DNA of 64,000 nt from Phycisphaerales bacterium (GCA_965227775.1 OZ245777.1:1728001-1792000); one strand, 5' to 3'. Counted from the first letter of the stretch, positions 27,892 to 38,337 are shown. Notes: generated by a model from the sequence alone, not told the origin. Numbers and translations: made by a program.

Positions 27892-29217
27892 CTATCGAAC
27901 GATGACGTCCCGGATCACCACGGGCAGCCGAGACCTGTCCACGGTAGCGATCATCTCGACGCGCATCCCCGATGCCTCGTCGATTCCGACGCTGCGAATC
28001 ACAAACGCCGAACTGCGAAACCCGAACGCCTGGACCAGCTCTTGCACTCGCCCGCGCGTCAGTCCGGGCGATTCCAGCAGATCCGCCGCCGTCCGGAAGC
28101 CCAGCGGCCGCCCGGCGCGTTCGCGGATGATCGTGTCGGCGATCGAGCTGGTCACGCCCGGGGCGTAGGCCAGCGTGTCCTCCGACACGGTGTTGATGTT
28201 AATCCTGCCCGGCAGCAGCGGCCCGGTGGCGTCGAGCCAGGGCGAGTCGATCGCGGCCTCTTCGAGCAGCAACCCGATCTGTGCATCGGTCAGCGGCTGG
28301 GCCTGGGGGTCGATGGCCTGGCCGGTGAGCCCGGGCAGTGATCGCAGCGGCGTGGTGATCAAGGCCTCGAGCGTTGCGGCGTTCGTGCCCGCGTACTGGG
28401 CGATCACGTCGGCCTGCTGAGCGGTAATGCCGATGCGGCCCACAAGCTCGCTGCCACCCAGTCCAAGGCCGAGCCGCACACGTGGCTGCCCGCTCACTCC
28501 ATAGGTGCTCTCACTACTCACCACCGTCAGGATGCCCGACCAGTTCGCTTCCAGCACGCCATCGCCATTGTCGGGCGGCCACGTCTCGTCGCCGTCGTTC
28601 TCGTTGGGGTCGAGCACGTTGTTGAGGTTCCAGTCCTCCTCGCGAACGTCGATCGGCAGTATGCCGAGCAGCAGCTCAAGTTCCTCGATGGTCTGCATCG
28701 GGCCGTTCCGCGGTTCGTACGCGTGTTCCTGCGACAGATACGAACCGACCTCGGCGCCGAGGGGGCTGACATCGTCGTCCTCGTCGGTCCAATCGACGAT
28801 CCGCGAGATCAGGTCCTCGGTCATGTTGGGCAGCCAGAACAGGTCGTCGCCGGTCATGCGAGCGATGTGGATGCGCGCGTTCGCGTCGGCCGGCCCGTCA
28901 AACCGCTCTCCGCCCTCCCAGTGCTCGATGCGGTACGAGCCAGTTCCGCCCACCGTGCCCCGTGCCGCCTCGGCCATCCTGTCGTACACGTCGAACGCGT
29001 CGGTCGGGTGCGGGTCCTCGGTATCGTCGGCCAAGATGGCGATCATTCGCTCGACGCCCGAGACGGCCGCCCAGCGTGCACGCGTCTCCGCCAGGCTGTC
29101 GCGCGCGCCGAACGCCTGGCCGAGCCCCGCCGACTGCACACCCATAACCAGCACGGCCGCCAGACCGATGACCCACAGCGCGAGCACCGTCGCGAAGCTC
29201 TTGCGGGCGCCAATCAC
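27892..29217 (-). CDS. gspK: Type II secretion minor pseudopilin K
   Basis: VLALWV N-terminus, IVDWTDED, PRNGPMQTIEELELL, GRININT, HhH. Confidence 0.88.
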   Translation of the reverse strand: MIGARKSFATVLALWVIGLAAVLVMGVQSAGLGQAFGARDSLAETRARWAAVSGVERMIAILADDTEDPHPTDAFDVYDRMAEAARGTVGGTGSYRIEHWEGGERFDGPADANARIHIARMTGDDLFWLPNMTEDLISRIVDWTDEDDDVSPLGAEVGSYLSQEHAYEPRNGPMQTIEELELLLGILPIDVREEDWNLNNVLDPNENDGDETWPPDNGDGVLEANWSGILTVVSSESTYGVSGQPRVRLGLGLGGSELVGRIGITAQQADVIAQYAGTNAATLEALITTPLRSLPGLTGQAIDPQAQPLTDAQIGLLLEEAAIDSPWLDATGPLLPGRININTVSEDTLAYAPGVTSSIADTIIRERAGRPLGFRTAADLLESPGLTRGRVQELVQAFGFRSSAFVIRSVGIDEASGMRVEMIATVDRSRLPVVIRDVIVR

Positions 29218-29906
29218 TGCCCGCCCCCTTCGGCCGCTTCGACCTCGGCCAACATGGGCTGGGCGAACACCCGCGGAATTGCCGCCACACGACGAGCAAC
29301 CGCCGATGCGCGACCATCGGGCGTCGACGTGCGCACCTCGATGATCACCATGTACGGCAGCCCGGTCTGATCAGAATCCCACGAGGCCCACACGCCCTCG
29401 TCGTCGCCCGCCGTCACCGAGAAGCTCACCACGTCGCGGGCAACCTCATCGGCCAAGCCCCCCGAGTCCTGATACTCGTCGAAGGCCATGTCGCGACGAC
29501 GCCAAAGCGATGTGCCCTCCTCGCCTTCCTGGATCTTGAATCCGATCTCGAACTCGCCGCCCTCGCTTCGCAGCGCCTCGTTCTCGACGGGCCGCACGGG
29601 CTCGAGCCCTCGGGCGACGACGTAGATCGAGTCCCTCGACGCCTCGCCTCGCCCGCCGTCACGGATTACGAGCCGAGTCTGAGAGAGGTCCTCGCGTCGA
29701 AGCGTCCGGAGCACCGCCCGCTGCACCATCTGGGCGGCCTGATCGGCGCTCGCCCACGCCCGTGCGTGGGCGCGAGACGCCTCGCGGGCCGACGCAAGCC
29801 GAACCACCGACGTCGCGACAAGCCCCGTGATCAGCGCAATCACACCGGCGGCCGCGAGGGTCTCGACGAGCGTGAATCCGCGATGGCGATGACGGACGGC
29901 GCTCAT
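29214..29906 (-). CDS. gspJ: Minor pseudopilin, GspJ-like
   Basis: RGFTLVE prepilin motif; LWRR, WDS..GLPYMV. Confidence 0.75.
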   Translation of the reverse strand: MSAVRHRHRGFTLVETLAAAGVIALITGLVATSVVRLASAREASRAHARAWASADQAAQMVQRAVLRTLRREDLSQTRLVIRDGGRGEASRDSIYVVARGLEPVRPVENEALRSEGGEFEIGFKIQEGEEGTSLWRRRDMAFDEYQDSGGLADEVARDVVSFSVTAGDDEGVWASWDSDQTGLPYMVIIEVRTSTPDGRASAVARRVAAIPRVFAQPMLAEVEAAEGGGQ

Positions 29907-30340
29907 CGTTCGATCGCCTCGGGTGGCATGCGGTTCGGGTCGGGCTCGTCACCCAGCCGAGGCGCGATAAGCGCATCGAGCTCGAGCGAGCGCGGCTGCC
30001 CGGTCGCCGACTGCCACGTCACGCGAACGTTCACCTCATCGGGCTCGCCTGCATTGCCCGAATCAACGTCGATCCGGTACTCGAATCGCTCGAACGGCTC
30101 GCTCGCGCGCCCGCGAGACCTGATCACGCGTGTGTACTCCTCGGTCCCGTATGCGTAGACCGTGGACATCACCTCGTCGGCCACCATGCCCGCCTGGCGG
30201 AGCGAGGCCGCCTCGCGTTGCATCGAGAGCGCACGCGTCGAGACCACCAATATGCCGCCCAGAGCCACGCCAAGAAGCACCGTGCCGACGAGCACGTCGA
30301 CCAACAAGAAGCCCGGGCGTTGCGGCAACCGTGCTACCAA
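29903..30340 (-). CDS. gspI: Minor pseudopilin, GspI-like
   Basis: PGFLLVDVLV prepilin-like; V.VTW; position between H and J. Confidence 0.65.
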   Translation of the reverse strand: MVARLPQRPGFLLVDVLVGTVLLGVALGGILVVSTRALSMQREAASLRQAGMVADEVMSTVYAYGTEEYTRVIRSRGRASEPFERFEYRIDVDSGNAGEPDEVNVRVTWQSATGQPRSLELDALIAPRLGDEPDPNRMPPEAIER

Positions 30341-30870
30341 GGCGTGCTCTCCATCCCACTGGCGTCTAGATCAACCCTGCCGGGCGGCTCGATGAGCCGT
30401 TCACCCTCGACGACAACGGCGCGCAGCGCCCCGGGCATCAACGCCACGCTCACCGGTCCATTGCCGCCAAGCAGGCCAATTTCCACGCTCGAGCCGGCGC
30501 CCAGTTCGACGATCCAGGGCGTCCCACGCACCGCGAATCCGTCGGCGTACACCGAGCCCACGGTGGCCTTGTTCAACCTCACTTGTGGCATGAACGGATC
30601 ACGCTCCCACACCCACGACTCACGCCGGCCCTGCTCCACTAGCTCCCGCCGCTCTACTACCACGGTCTTGGACTCGGCCCGTACGCGTAGCGGCTGCGAC
30701 CCGACGGCTGCCCGCCCGGCCGCGTTCGAAAGCAGGCCCGCCACCGCGTCTGCCTCGGCCGACACGCCCCGGCCCGCGAGCGTCGCCACGCGCGGCACCG
30801 CCAGGCCCAGGACAAGGCCCACGATCACCAGCGTGACGATCAACTCGACCAGGGTGAAGGCGCGATGCAT
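30334..30870 (-). CDS. gspH: Minor pseudopilin, GspH/FimT-like
   Basis: RAFTLVELIVTLVIVG..AVP. Confidence 0.7.
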   Translation of the reverse strand: MHRAFTLVELIVTLVIVGLVLGLAVPRVATLAGRGVSAEADAVAGLLSNAAGRAAVGSQPLRVRAESKTVVVERRELVEQGRRESWVWERDPFMPQVRLNKATVGSVYADGFAVRGTPWIVELGAGSSVEIGLLGGNGPVSVALMPGALRAVVVEGERLIEPPGRVDLDASGMESTPW

Positions 30871-30910
30871 CGCTGCTCCAGAAGTGCGCGGGCGCCGAGC
30901 GTCGGAGCGC

Positions 30911-31339
30911 TCAGGGCTTGATGATGTCCGCGTCCTCGCCCTCGCCCCCGGGCTGCCCGTCGGCGCCATAGCTCACCACGTCGAAGTCGGTGTTCTTCTC
31001 GCCGGGCACGACGATCACGTATGCGTTGCCCCAGGGGTCGATGAGCATCTCGTCGTTGGTGATGTACGGCCCGTTCCACGTGCCGCTCATGCCGCTGGGT
31101 TCCTTCCGCAGGAACTCGAGCGTGCTGGTGTCGGGCAGCTTGCCCATGTCGATCAAGAACACCTGCACCTGGCCAGCGATGCTCGCGGCGTTGCTCTCGG
31201 CCGTTGCCTGTCGGCTCTGCCCGATGCGGCTGAACAGCCTGGGCACGACCACCGCCGCGATGATGCCCATGATCGTGATGATCACCAGCACCTCGATGAT
31301 CGTGAATCCGCGCCGACGCCGGCGTGCGTCCTTCTTCAT
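30911..31339 (-). CDS. gspG: Type II secretion major pseudopilin
   Basis: RGFTIIEVL, WNGPY, DPWGNAY, SYGADGQPGGEGEDADI. Confidence 0.93.
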   Translation of the reverse strand: MKKDARRRRRGFTIIEVLVIITIMGIIAAVVVPRLFSRIGQSRQATAESNAASIAGQVQVFLIDMGKLPDTSTLEFLRKEPSGMSGTWNGPYITNDEMLIDPWGNAYVIVVPGEKNTDFDVVSYGADGQPGGEGEDADIIKP

Positions 31340-31378
31340 GGTGTCCGCTCCATACTCATGCATGCGTGTGCCCATCCA

Positions 31379-32632
31379 TTACATCGCGCTTCCGGCTACG
31401 TCCTGAAGTTCCAGCATCGGCAGCAGGATCGCAAGCACGATGAACCCAACGACGCCCGCCATCGTCACCACCAGCAGCGGCGGTAGCAGCGTGGTCACCA
31501 GCTTCAGCGTGGCTTCCGTTCGTTCTTCCATCGCACGGGCCGCGTGGCCCAGCAACTCTTCGAGGCGGCCGCTCCGCTCGCCCATCGCCACGATCTGCAC
31601 GAGCATCGGCGGGAAATACCCGCTCTGCTCCATCGGCGTCGCGAGCGTCTTGCCCTGGCTCACCTGGGTAACAACGTCGTCGATGACATTCTCGAGCGCA
31701 CGGTTCCCCAGCGTCGCCCGCGTAATACGCAGCGCCTGCAACAAGCTAATGCCCGAGCCCGTGAGCGTGCCGAGCGTCCGCGTGAATCGGCTGACCGCCA
31801 CATCGCGCGCGAGCAGGCCGATCAATGGCGTCGCCAGCAGCGCCCGGTCCATGCTCAGTCGCCCTTCGTCGCTCCTGCGAATAGCGACGAACCCGGCGAC
31901 CAGCAACCCCAGCATCGCCAGGATCAGCCACCACCAGCCCAGCACGAAGTTCGCAAACGCCTGCACCACCAGCGTGGGCCAAGGCAGGTTCTCGATCGCA
32001 CCCGCCGCCTCTTCGAGGATCTTCGGAGCAATCACCGTCGACACAAGTACGATCGACGCCAGGCACAGAACCAAGAGCAGCCCGGGATACGTCGTCGCCC
32101 CCACGAGCGCCCGCCGCAAGCGAACATCGCGCTCGAGCAGGTCGGCGAGCTGCGCCAATACCTCAGCCAGCTTTCCCGACGCCTCACCCGCTCGCACCAT
32201 GTTCACGCTCAGGTCGCTGGCGAGCTCGGGCGACGCCTCGAACGCGTCCGCCAAGCCGCGACCGTGCTCGACCTTGTCGATGATCCGCTCCATCACCGCC
32301 CGCTGCGCTCGGCTTTTGCGCTGCCGCGCGATGAGCCGCAGCGCTTGCACCAGCGGCAGTCCCGCATCGAGCCCGGTCGAGAGCTCGCGGATGACGGCAG
32401 CCCGCTGGGTGCCGCTGAATCGACCACTGAACAGCGAAGAGCCCGCTGCCGCCGCCGATTCGCTCGACCCAGTCGAATCGACCTTCGTGGAGGCTGTGAA
32501 CGCGTCCATCGGCTCGACAACCAGCGGTGTCAATCCCCGGCGGGAGATCTCACGGATGGCGGCCGCACGGGTGGGTGCATCGATGATCGGAGAGTCGCCG
32601 CCGCCGGCGCACTGCACGCGGAAGCTGGGCAT
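31379..32632 (-). CDS. gspF: Type II secretion platform protein F
   Basis: AGLPLVQAL, AGEASGKL, YP, GERSGRL, ILLPML. Confidence 0.92.
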   Translation of the reverse strand: MPSFRVQCAGGGDSPIIDAPTRAAAIREISRRGLTPLVVEPMDAFTASTKVDSTGSSESAAAAGSSLFSGRFSGTQRAAVIRELSTGLDAGLPLVQALRLIARQRKSRAQRAVMERIIDKVEHGRGLADAFEASPELASDLSVNMVRAGEASGKLAEVLAQLADLLERDVRLRRALVGATTYPGLLLVLCLASIVLVSTVIAPKILEEAAGAIENLPWPTLVVQAFANFVLGWWWLILAMLGLLVAGFVAIRRSDEGRLSMDRALLATPLIGLLARDVAVSRFTRTLGTLTGSGISLLQALRITRATLGNRALENVIDDVVTQVSQGKTLATPMEQSGYFPPMLVQIVAMGERSGRLEELLGHAARAMEERTEATLKLVTTLLPPLLVVTMAGVVGFIVLAILLPMLELQDVAGSAM

Positions 32633-34278
32633 CAGTCCCGGTCCTCGCCGTCGGGCTCTTCGAGCAGCATGTCGGTGCCGCTATCTTGTGTCGCGCGGAG
32701 CACCTCGCCGACGGTCGTCAGGCCCTGCGAGGCCTTGATGAGGCCGTCGCGTCGCATGGTCTGGTGTGTCGGGTGGGCGGTCTCGAGAAGCTTCTGGGCG
32801 TTCACACGCTCGCCAATGGCTGCACGCATGGCCCGTGTCACGGTCAAGACCTCGTAGAAGCCGATGCGACCCTTGAAGATCGACATGCCCGCATCGTGCG
32901 AGTCGATTGCTTCACCCGTCGCATCCGCGAACATCGCGCGCTCTTCTGGGCTGAGCCGGAGCATCTCTGCGTCCGTTGGGCGGTGGGGGATCGCGTGCGC
33001 CCTCGCAAGCCGGCGGCCGAGCCGCTGGGCGATCACGGCCTCGAGCACACTGGCGAGCAGGAACGGCTCGATACCCATATCCAGCATCCGGCCCACGGCG
33101 CTCGCAGCGTCATTGGTGTGCAGCGTCGACAGGATCAGGTGGCCCGTCATTGCTGCCCGGACGGATATCTCGGCCGTCTCACCATCGCGGATCTCGCCGA
33201 CCATCACCACGTCGGGGTCCTGACGCAGGATCGACCGCAAGCCCGACGCGAAGGTCAGGCCGCGCTTCGGGTTCACGGGAATCTGGTTGACGCCCTCGAG
33301 CTCGTACTCCACCGGATCTTCAATGGTGATGATCTTCTTTCGCGGGTCGTACAGCTTGCTCAGCGCCGCGTAGAGCGAGGTCGTCTTACCAGAACCTGTG
33401 GGTCCCGTGACGAGCACCATGCCGTGCGGGATCGCGATCAGCCGGTCAATCTCGCGCCGATCCGTCTCGCGCATGCCAAGCGTCGTGAGATCGAGCTGCA
33501 GGCTCTGCTTGTCGAGCACGCGCATCACGATCGATTCGCCGTAGATCGTCGGCGCCGTCGACACGCGGATATCGATCTTGCGGCCATCGAATCGCAGCGT
33601 GATGTGTCCGTCCTGCGGCGCGTATCGCTCGGCGATGTTCATGCCCGCCATGATCTTGATACGGCTGGTGATCGCCGGCTGCAGACGCTTGGGTGGCGGC
33701 TGCTGCTCGACCAGCACACCGTCGATCCGGTACTTGACCTTCAGATCACGCTCGAACGGCTCGACGTGCACGTCGCTCGCGCCAAGGCGGATCGCCTCGA
33801 GAATGAGCAAGTTGACGAGGTTGATCAGCGAGGGCTGCTCGGCCATCCGGTGTAGGTCTTCGGCCTCGATCGATTCGAGGTTGGCCAGCACCTCCTCGTC
33901 GCCACTGCCGCCCAGGCTCGCCGCCATCGCCGCCGCAGTCGTGCCATATTCGCGCTGCACGAGGGCGCGGAACGCCGGCTCGGCGATCGCAACCGGCGTC
34001 ACCGGCCGGCCCACGATGAGCGACGCCTCGTCTGCCGACGCCCAGTCGCCAGGATCCAGCATCGCGATCACCACGCGCCCGTCACGCTCGTCGATCGGGG
34101 CCGCGTGCAGCCGCGCGACGTCATCGCCGCCCATGAGGCGTGTGAGCGTGCGCTCGACCGTCGGAGCTTCGGTAATCATCGCCGGCACGCCATTCGCAGG
34201 CGCGTCGCCCGTCGGAGCCGCGTGTCCGTTCAGGGCGCTGTCGCGATGCACCTCGTCTGTCATGGGCGAGCGATCCAC
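32632..34278 (-). CDS. gspE: Type II secretion ATPase
   Basis: ASDVHVEP, GPTGSGKTT, TIEDPVE, LRQDPDVVMVGEIRD, STLHTN. Confidence 0.93.
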   Translation of the reverse strand: MDRSPMTDEVHRDSALNGHAAPTGDAPANGVPAMITEAPTVERTLTRLMGGDDVARLHAAPIDERDGRVVIAMLDPGDWASADEASLIVGRPVTPVAIAEPAFRALVQREYGTTAAAMAASLGGSGDEEVLANLESIEAEDLHRMAEQPSLINLVNLLILEAIRLGASDVHVEPFERDLKVKYRIDGVLVEQQPPPKRLQPAITSRIKIMAGMNIAERYAPQDGHITLRFDGRKIDIRVSTAPTIYGESIVMRVLDKQSLQLDLTTLGMRETDRREIDRLIAIPHGMVLVTGPTGSGKTTSLYAALSKLYDPRKKIITIEDPVEYELEGVNQIPVNPKRGLTFASGLRSILRQDPDVVMVGEIRDGETAEISVRAAMTGHLILSTLHTNDAASAVGRMLDMGIEPFLLASVLEAVIAQRLGRRLARAHAIPHRPTDAEMLRLSPEERAMFADATGEAIDSHDAGMSIFKGRIGFYEVLTVTRAMRAAIGERVNAQKLLETAHPTHQTMRRDGLIKASQGLTTVGEVLRATQDSGTDMLLEEPDGEDRD

Positions 34279-34283
34279 GTGCC

Positions 34284-35525
34284 TCAGCCTCCCCCGAACT
34301 CTCGCAGCACCGCGTCGGCGTCGAAGCCCGAGTCGCCCACCGTCGGCATCGCCTCGAGCTGCTCGGCAGTCAGCATGCCGCGGATGCGCTCAACAAACCG
34401 CTCGTCGAGCTCGTTCCTGGCTTCCTCGGCCGCATCGGCTTCTTCGGAGTCCTGCCCCCAGCCCCACCAATTCATCTCATCGCCAGACTGCTGCTCGTCG
34501 ATGGCCTTCGCCCAACGCTCATTGATGGGCGCCGCCTCGCGCACGTAGCTCTGCTTGATGGCGTCCAGGCTCTCGCGCTGCTCGGCCGTCAGGCTATCGA
34601 GCTTGCCGGCCGCCTCGATTTGGCGCTCTGCCTTGCTCTGGCGATACACCGTCGGCCAAGTCTGGCGCTTCACCTCGGTGTCCCACGCGGCCTGGTTCTC
34701 GGCGGGCAATACCTGCATGATCTGGCGCGCATAGCGGGCGTTGATCGACTTGCCCTGCGACCCGAGATCGCGCATGTCGCTCATCGCTTCTTGCATCTTC
34801 TCCATGGCCTCTGCATCAAAGCCCATCGACTCATCGTCGTCGGCCATGTTCTTCATGCGGTCCATCTGATCGCGCATGAAGCCAAACGAGCGATCGATCA
34901 ACCGCTTGTACACCGGATCAATCTCGGCCTCATATGCGAGCAACGCCTCGCGGGCGGCCTCATTGCCCGAGACCTCGACTTCTCGGGCGATTTTGTGCAG
35001 ATCGATGGTGCCGCCGTTAACCACGCTCATTTGGCCGGCCATCTCCACCTGCTCGCGGCGACGTGCCCGCTCGACCCTGACAAACGCCTCCTGCTGGCCC
35101 GGCTCGATCGCGATCATCTCGAGATCGGCGAAGAACGTGGCCTCCAGCTTCTCAAGGCGGTCGAAGAAACCCAGCATGATGGTGCCCATGGGCTTCATCA
35201 TCTTCTGCCAGTCACCGGTCTTGCCGGCCTCTTCTTGAAGCTGCTGCATGGCATCCATGAGCGTGTCGTTGGCCTGCTTGAACTTGTCCAGGTAGTCGCT
35301 GTGCAGCATCTCGGCGGTCTCACGCTGCACCTGATCGAACCCGAGAAGGTCCGAATACTGGTCCACCGCGGCCCGGCCTATGGCCATCTGCATGGCATCG
35401 TTGCCCATGCCCATGCCCCACTGGGCCTGAGCTGGTGCGGCGATCATCCCGATACCGAGGACAATACTAATCAAATACCAAACAAATGACCCACGCCCCG
35501 TGTCGCGCCCATCTACGGTCTTCAT
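34284..35525 (-). CDS. Secreted alpha-helical protein with LTxEQ motifs, paralog 3
   Basis: Signal peptide; WPTVYR..EAA..LTAEQ; MLTAEQ C-terminus. Confidence 0.8.
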   Translation of the reverse strand: MKTVDGRDTGRGSFVWYLISIVLGIGMIAAPAQAQWGMGMGNDAMQMAIGRAAVDQYSDLLGFDQVQRETAEMLHSDYLDKFKQANDTLMDAMQQLQEEAGKTGDWQKMMKPMGTIMLGFFDRLEKLEATFFADLEMIAIEPGQQEAFVRVERARRREQVEMAGQMSVVNGGTIDLHKIAREVEVSGNEAAREALLAYEAEIDPVYKRLIDRSFGFMRDQMDRMKNMADDDESMGFDAEAMEKMQEAMSDMRDLGSQGKSINARYARQIMQVLPAENQAAWDTEVKRQTWPTVYRQSKAERQIEAAGKLDSLTAEQRESLDAIKQSYVREAAPINERWAKAIDEQQSGDEMNWWGWGQDSEEADAAEEARNELDERFVERIRGMLTAEQLEAMPTVGDSGFDADAVLREFGGG

Positions 35526-35672
35526 CAATGAATTCCCCTTCGCGTCCGCCAGGCCGCCCTCGAGCGGGGCGATCGATGCTGGCGTCACGCCTCCGATGTC
35601 CCTTCTTTGGGATGCCCGCCACAAGGTTGCACGTGCACGAGCCGCGTGCTCTATCTGCTTACATGGTACGGG

Positions 35673-36881
35673 CTAACGGCGAATGCGGATCGATTCGCCC
35701 CCAGGTGTCACACGGACGACATCGGGCTTGCGGTCCGACATTGCTCGTTCGGGCAGCTCGGCGAGCTGCTCGGCGCTCAAGATCGAGGCGATCCGAGCCT
35801 CCAGCCGCTCGTCGAGGTCCTTCACGGCATCGCGCGCCTTCTCGCTGTCGCTGGGCTCCTGCCCATCGACAAATATCATGACGCCGGGCGGCAGCCGGTT
35901 GTCTTCCTCTCGCTCGCGTTCGGCGGCCACCCAACGCTCACGGGCTGGGCCCGCATCTCGCATCCACTGATCGGCCGCGGCATCGAGTTGCTCTCGCTGT
36001 TCCTGGCTGAGCGTTTCCAGGGCAAGCGCCGCCTCCAGCCGCCGCTCACCATCGGTCTGCTTGAACACCCTGGCGAACGCCCGTCGATGGAACGCCGCTT
36101 CGATCGCATCGTCCTCGAGAATGCCCGCGAGTGTGCGCACCGCTTGCCGGCTCGCCTGGGCGATGCGCCCATCGATCGCCCGCAAGGGCTCGTAGGGATC
36201 ATCGCCGTCCTCAAAGATGAAGACAGCCCCTCCCGCGTCGGCGCCACCGATGTCCTCGGCCTTGCGTGCCCGCTCAACGAGCAGCCCATCCACATGCACG
36301 GCCCACCGTTCGACCGCATCGATGATCGCTTCGCGGCTTGCCCCTTCGGCAAAAAACTCTCGCACGAGCTCGTCGAGATCGACCCGTGCCTCGGAGCGCG
36401 TGAGCGACTTGAGGTGCTTCGCCCGCCGATGGATGCGTTCGGCAGCCGGCCACGCGTCGGCCTGATCGGCCGTCAGCATGACCTGCACATCGGCGAGATA
36501 GGTTGCCTCGAGGGCCTCGATCGACTCCTGGTAGGAGTCCGTCATTTCCTTCATCCGAGTGATCATGACGGAGAAGTCGCCGTCCTGAACATCCTCTTTC
36601 GCCGACGCGATGTCCTGGCGTAAGCGATCGCCAAGTTCCTGCCGCCGGGACGCCAGATCCCTGAACATCTCCATCGCGACCTCGCGCTGCATCTCGTCGA
36701 GCCCGAGCGCTTCGCACATGCGTTCCACGGTCTCGCGCGAAAAGGCGGCTCCCGCGGTCGAGAGGCCGCCCTTGGTCGTCGTCGACCGCACGACGAAACT
36801 CCCGCTCTCCTGGCCGGCCGCAGGGCCGCCAGCCGCCATCGCCACGCAAACCACCAACGCACCCAGTAGCTTCTGTCGCAT
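35673..36881 (-). CDS. Secreted alpha-helical protein with LTxEQ motifs, paralog 2
   Basis: Signal peptide; LGLDEMQRE, MLTADQADAWP, LSQEQREQL, ILSAEQ. Confidence 0.8.
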   Translation of the reverse strand: MRQKLLGALVVCVAMAAGGPAAGQESGSFVVRSTTTKGGLSTAGAAFSRETVERMCEALGLDEMQREVAMEMFRDLASRRQELGDRLRQDIASAKEDVQDGDFSVMITRMKEMTDSYQESIEALEATYLADVQVMLTADQADAWPAAERIHRRAKHLKSLTRSEARVDLDELVREFFAEGASREAIIDAVERWAVHVDGLLVERARKAEDIGGADAGGAVFIFEDGDDPYEPLRAIDGRIAQASRQAVRTLAGILEDDAIEAAFHRRAFARVFKQTDGERRLEAALALETLSQEQREQLDAAADQWMRDAGPARERWVAAEREREEDNRLPPGVMIFVDGQEPSDSEKARDAVKDLDERLEARIASILSAEQLAELPERAMSDRKPDVVRVTPGGESIRIRR

Positions 36882-36988
36882 CACGAGCCTCCCAAGGGGG
36901 CACATGAACGCGACGCAGCCCCCCGAAGGAAGATGCGCCGCTTGCTGCGGGCCGTCAATCCCGCCCAGCCTCGTTCTGGTGGATCGAC

Positions 36989-38206
36989 TTAGAACTCGCG
37001 CTGGCGGGTCCGCTGGGCACCATCGCCGCGTCCGCCCCGGCGGGCCCGATCGCCCTGGCCGTCACGCCCGCGCTCCTCGTCGCTTCCGATGGCCGATTCG
37101 ATCTTCGCGGCCTGCTCCTCGGTCAGCACGGCCCGGATCTGCTCGACCGTCTGATCGACGACATCCCGCTTCTCGCGGAAGAGCTCGCGTGTGCCGTCCT
37201 CGTTGCCGCGGCGGCCTCCACGCATCATGTCGCGAAGACTCATGTTGAGCTCGTTGCTCTCGATCGTGTCGGCCAGCTTGCGGTTGACCTGGACCATGCG
37301 GCGCTCGGTCGAGAGCCCGATGGCCTCGATCTGCTCCCGCTGGTCGCTGCTCAGGTCCTCAAGGGCCTTGGCCGCCTCGAGCGCGCGATCCGCGCGATTC
37401 TGCCGGTATACGGTCGGGAAGCTTGCTGTTCGCACGGCCGTCTCGAACGCCGGCAGCTTGTCTTCGGGCACGATGGCCTCAAGGCGCCGAGCGAAGGTCC
37501 GGTGCGTGTCGCGAACACGAACGCTGGCGTCGCGGGCGCTCTCGAAGTGGCTCTGCAGCGACTCGAAGTCACGCTGGCGGAACATCTCGAGGCCTTCCTC
37601 GAACTTCTGGTTCCGTGCGATCAGGGCTCGATCCAGTGCCAGCTCGTAATCGCCGAGGACGACCTGCGCCTCACCCGCCTGCTCGCCCTCGAGCTCCAGG
37701 CCCTTGACGATCTCGAAGAGGTCCACACGCTCGCCGCTCATCAACCCGCGTGGCAGCGTTGTCGCACGCCGGTGCGCCATCTCGACCCTCGGCCACGCCT
37801 CGGCCTGCTCGGGAGTCAGCATGGTCTGCAGATCGGCCATGAGCTGGGCCTCAAGCGTCGTGACGCGCTCGCGTGTCTGCTCGCCGAGCTCTCGCAGCTC
37901 CGTGAAGGCCGAGCGATCCCGAGTCTCTTCGAACTCCTGCCGAGCCTGCTGGGCGGCCTCGCGCATGATGTCCATCGCGGTCTGCACGCCGTCGATGTAC
38001 TCCTCGAGCATCATCTGGGCGATCTCCCGCTGATCGGCGTCCAACTCGAGGATGTTCGAGTAGTCCTCCAGCTGCTCTCGGTTGACCTGCGGCCCCTCGG
38101 CACCGCCGAAACCGCCGCCGCCAAACTGGCCGAACGCGGCTGGCGTCGCAACCGCGAACGCCAGACAGGCCATCCCGATCAGAACCCGATTGAATACGCT
38201 GTTCAT
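36989..38206 (-). CDS. Secreted alpha-helical protein with LTxEQ motifs, paralog 1
   Basis: GGAGG RBS; signal peptide; LELDADQRE, MLTPEQAEAWP, FPTVYR, VLTEEQ. Confidence 0.8.
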   Translation of the reverse strand: MNSVFNRVLIGMACLAFAVATPAAFGQFGGGGFGGAEGPQVNREQLEDYSNILELDADQREIAQMMLEEYIDGVQTAMDIMREAAQQARQEFEETRDRSAFTELRELGEQTRERVTTLEAQLMADLQTMLTPEQAEAWPRVEMAHRRATTLPRGLMSGERVDLFEIVKGLELEGEQAGEAQVVLGDYELALDRALIARNQKFEEGLEMFRQRDFESLQSHFESARDASVRVRDTHRTFARRLEAIVPEDKLPAFETAVRTASFPTVYRQNRADRALEAAKALEDLSSDQREQIEAIGLSTERRMVQVNRKLADTIESNELNMSLRDMMRGGRRGNEDGTRELFREKRDVVDQTVEQIRAVLTEEQAAKIESAIGSDEERGRDGQGDRARRGGRGDGAQRTRQREF

Positions 38207-38337
38207 TGTCGGCAACCTCCGGTAGTGGGGGCGCACCGCGCCCGACGCGTGCAACGACCGCCAGCCGTCCAGTATTGCGATCGCGGCGGGCCATTCTTGC
38301 GGTTGTTCCAGCAAACCTCCTCTATCATCCCCTTCCC

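Noticed and set aside
38212..38218. GTTGCCG on the minus strand just before the first LTxEQ paralog
   Set aside because: Lies between RBS and ATG with no TCGCGTT 16 nt downstream, so not counted as the ECF motif
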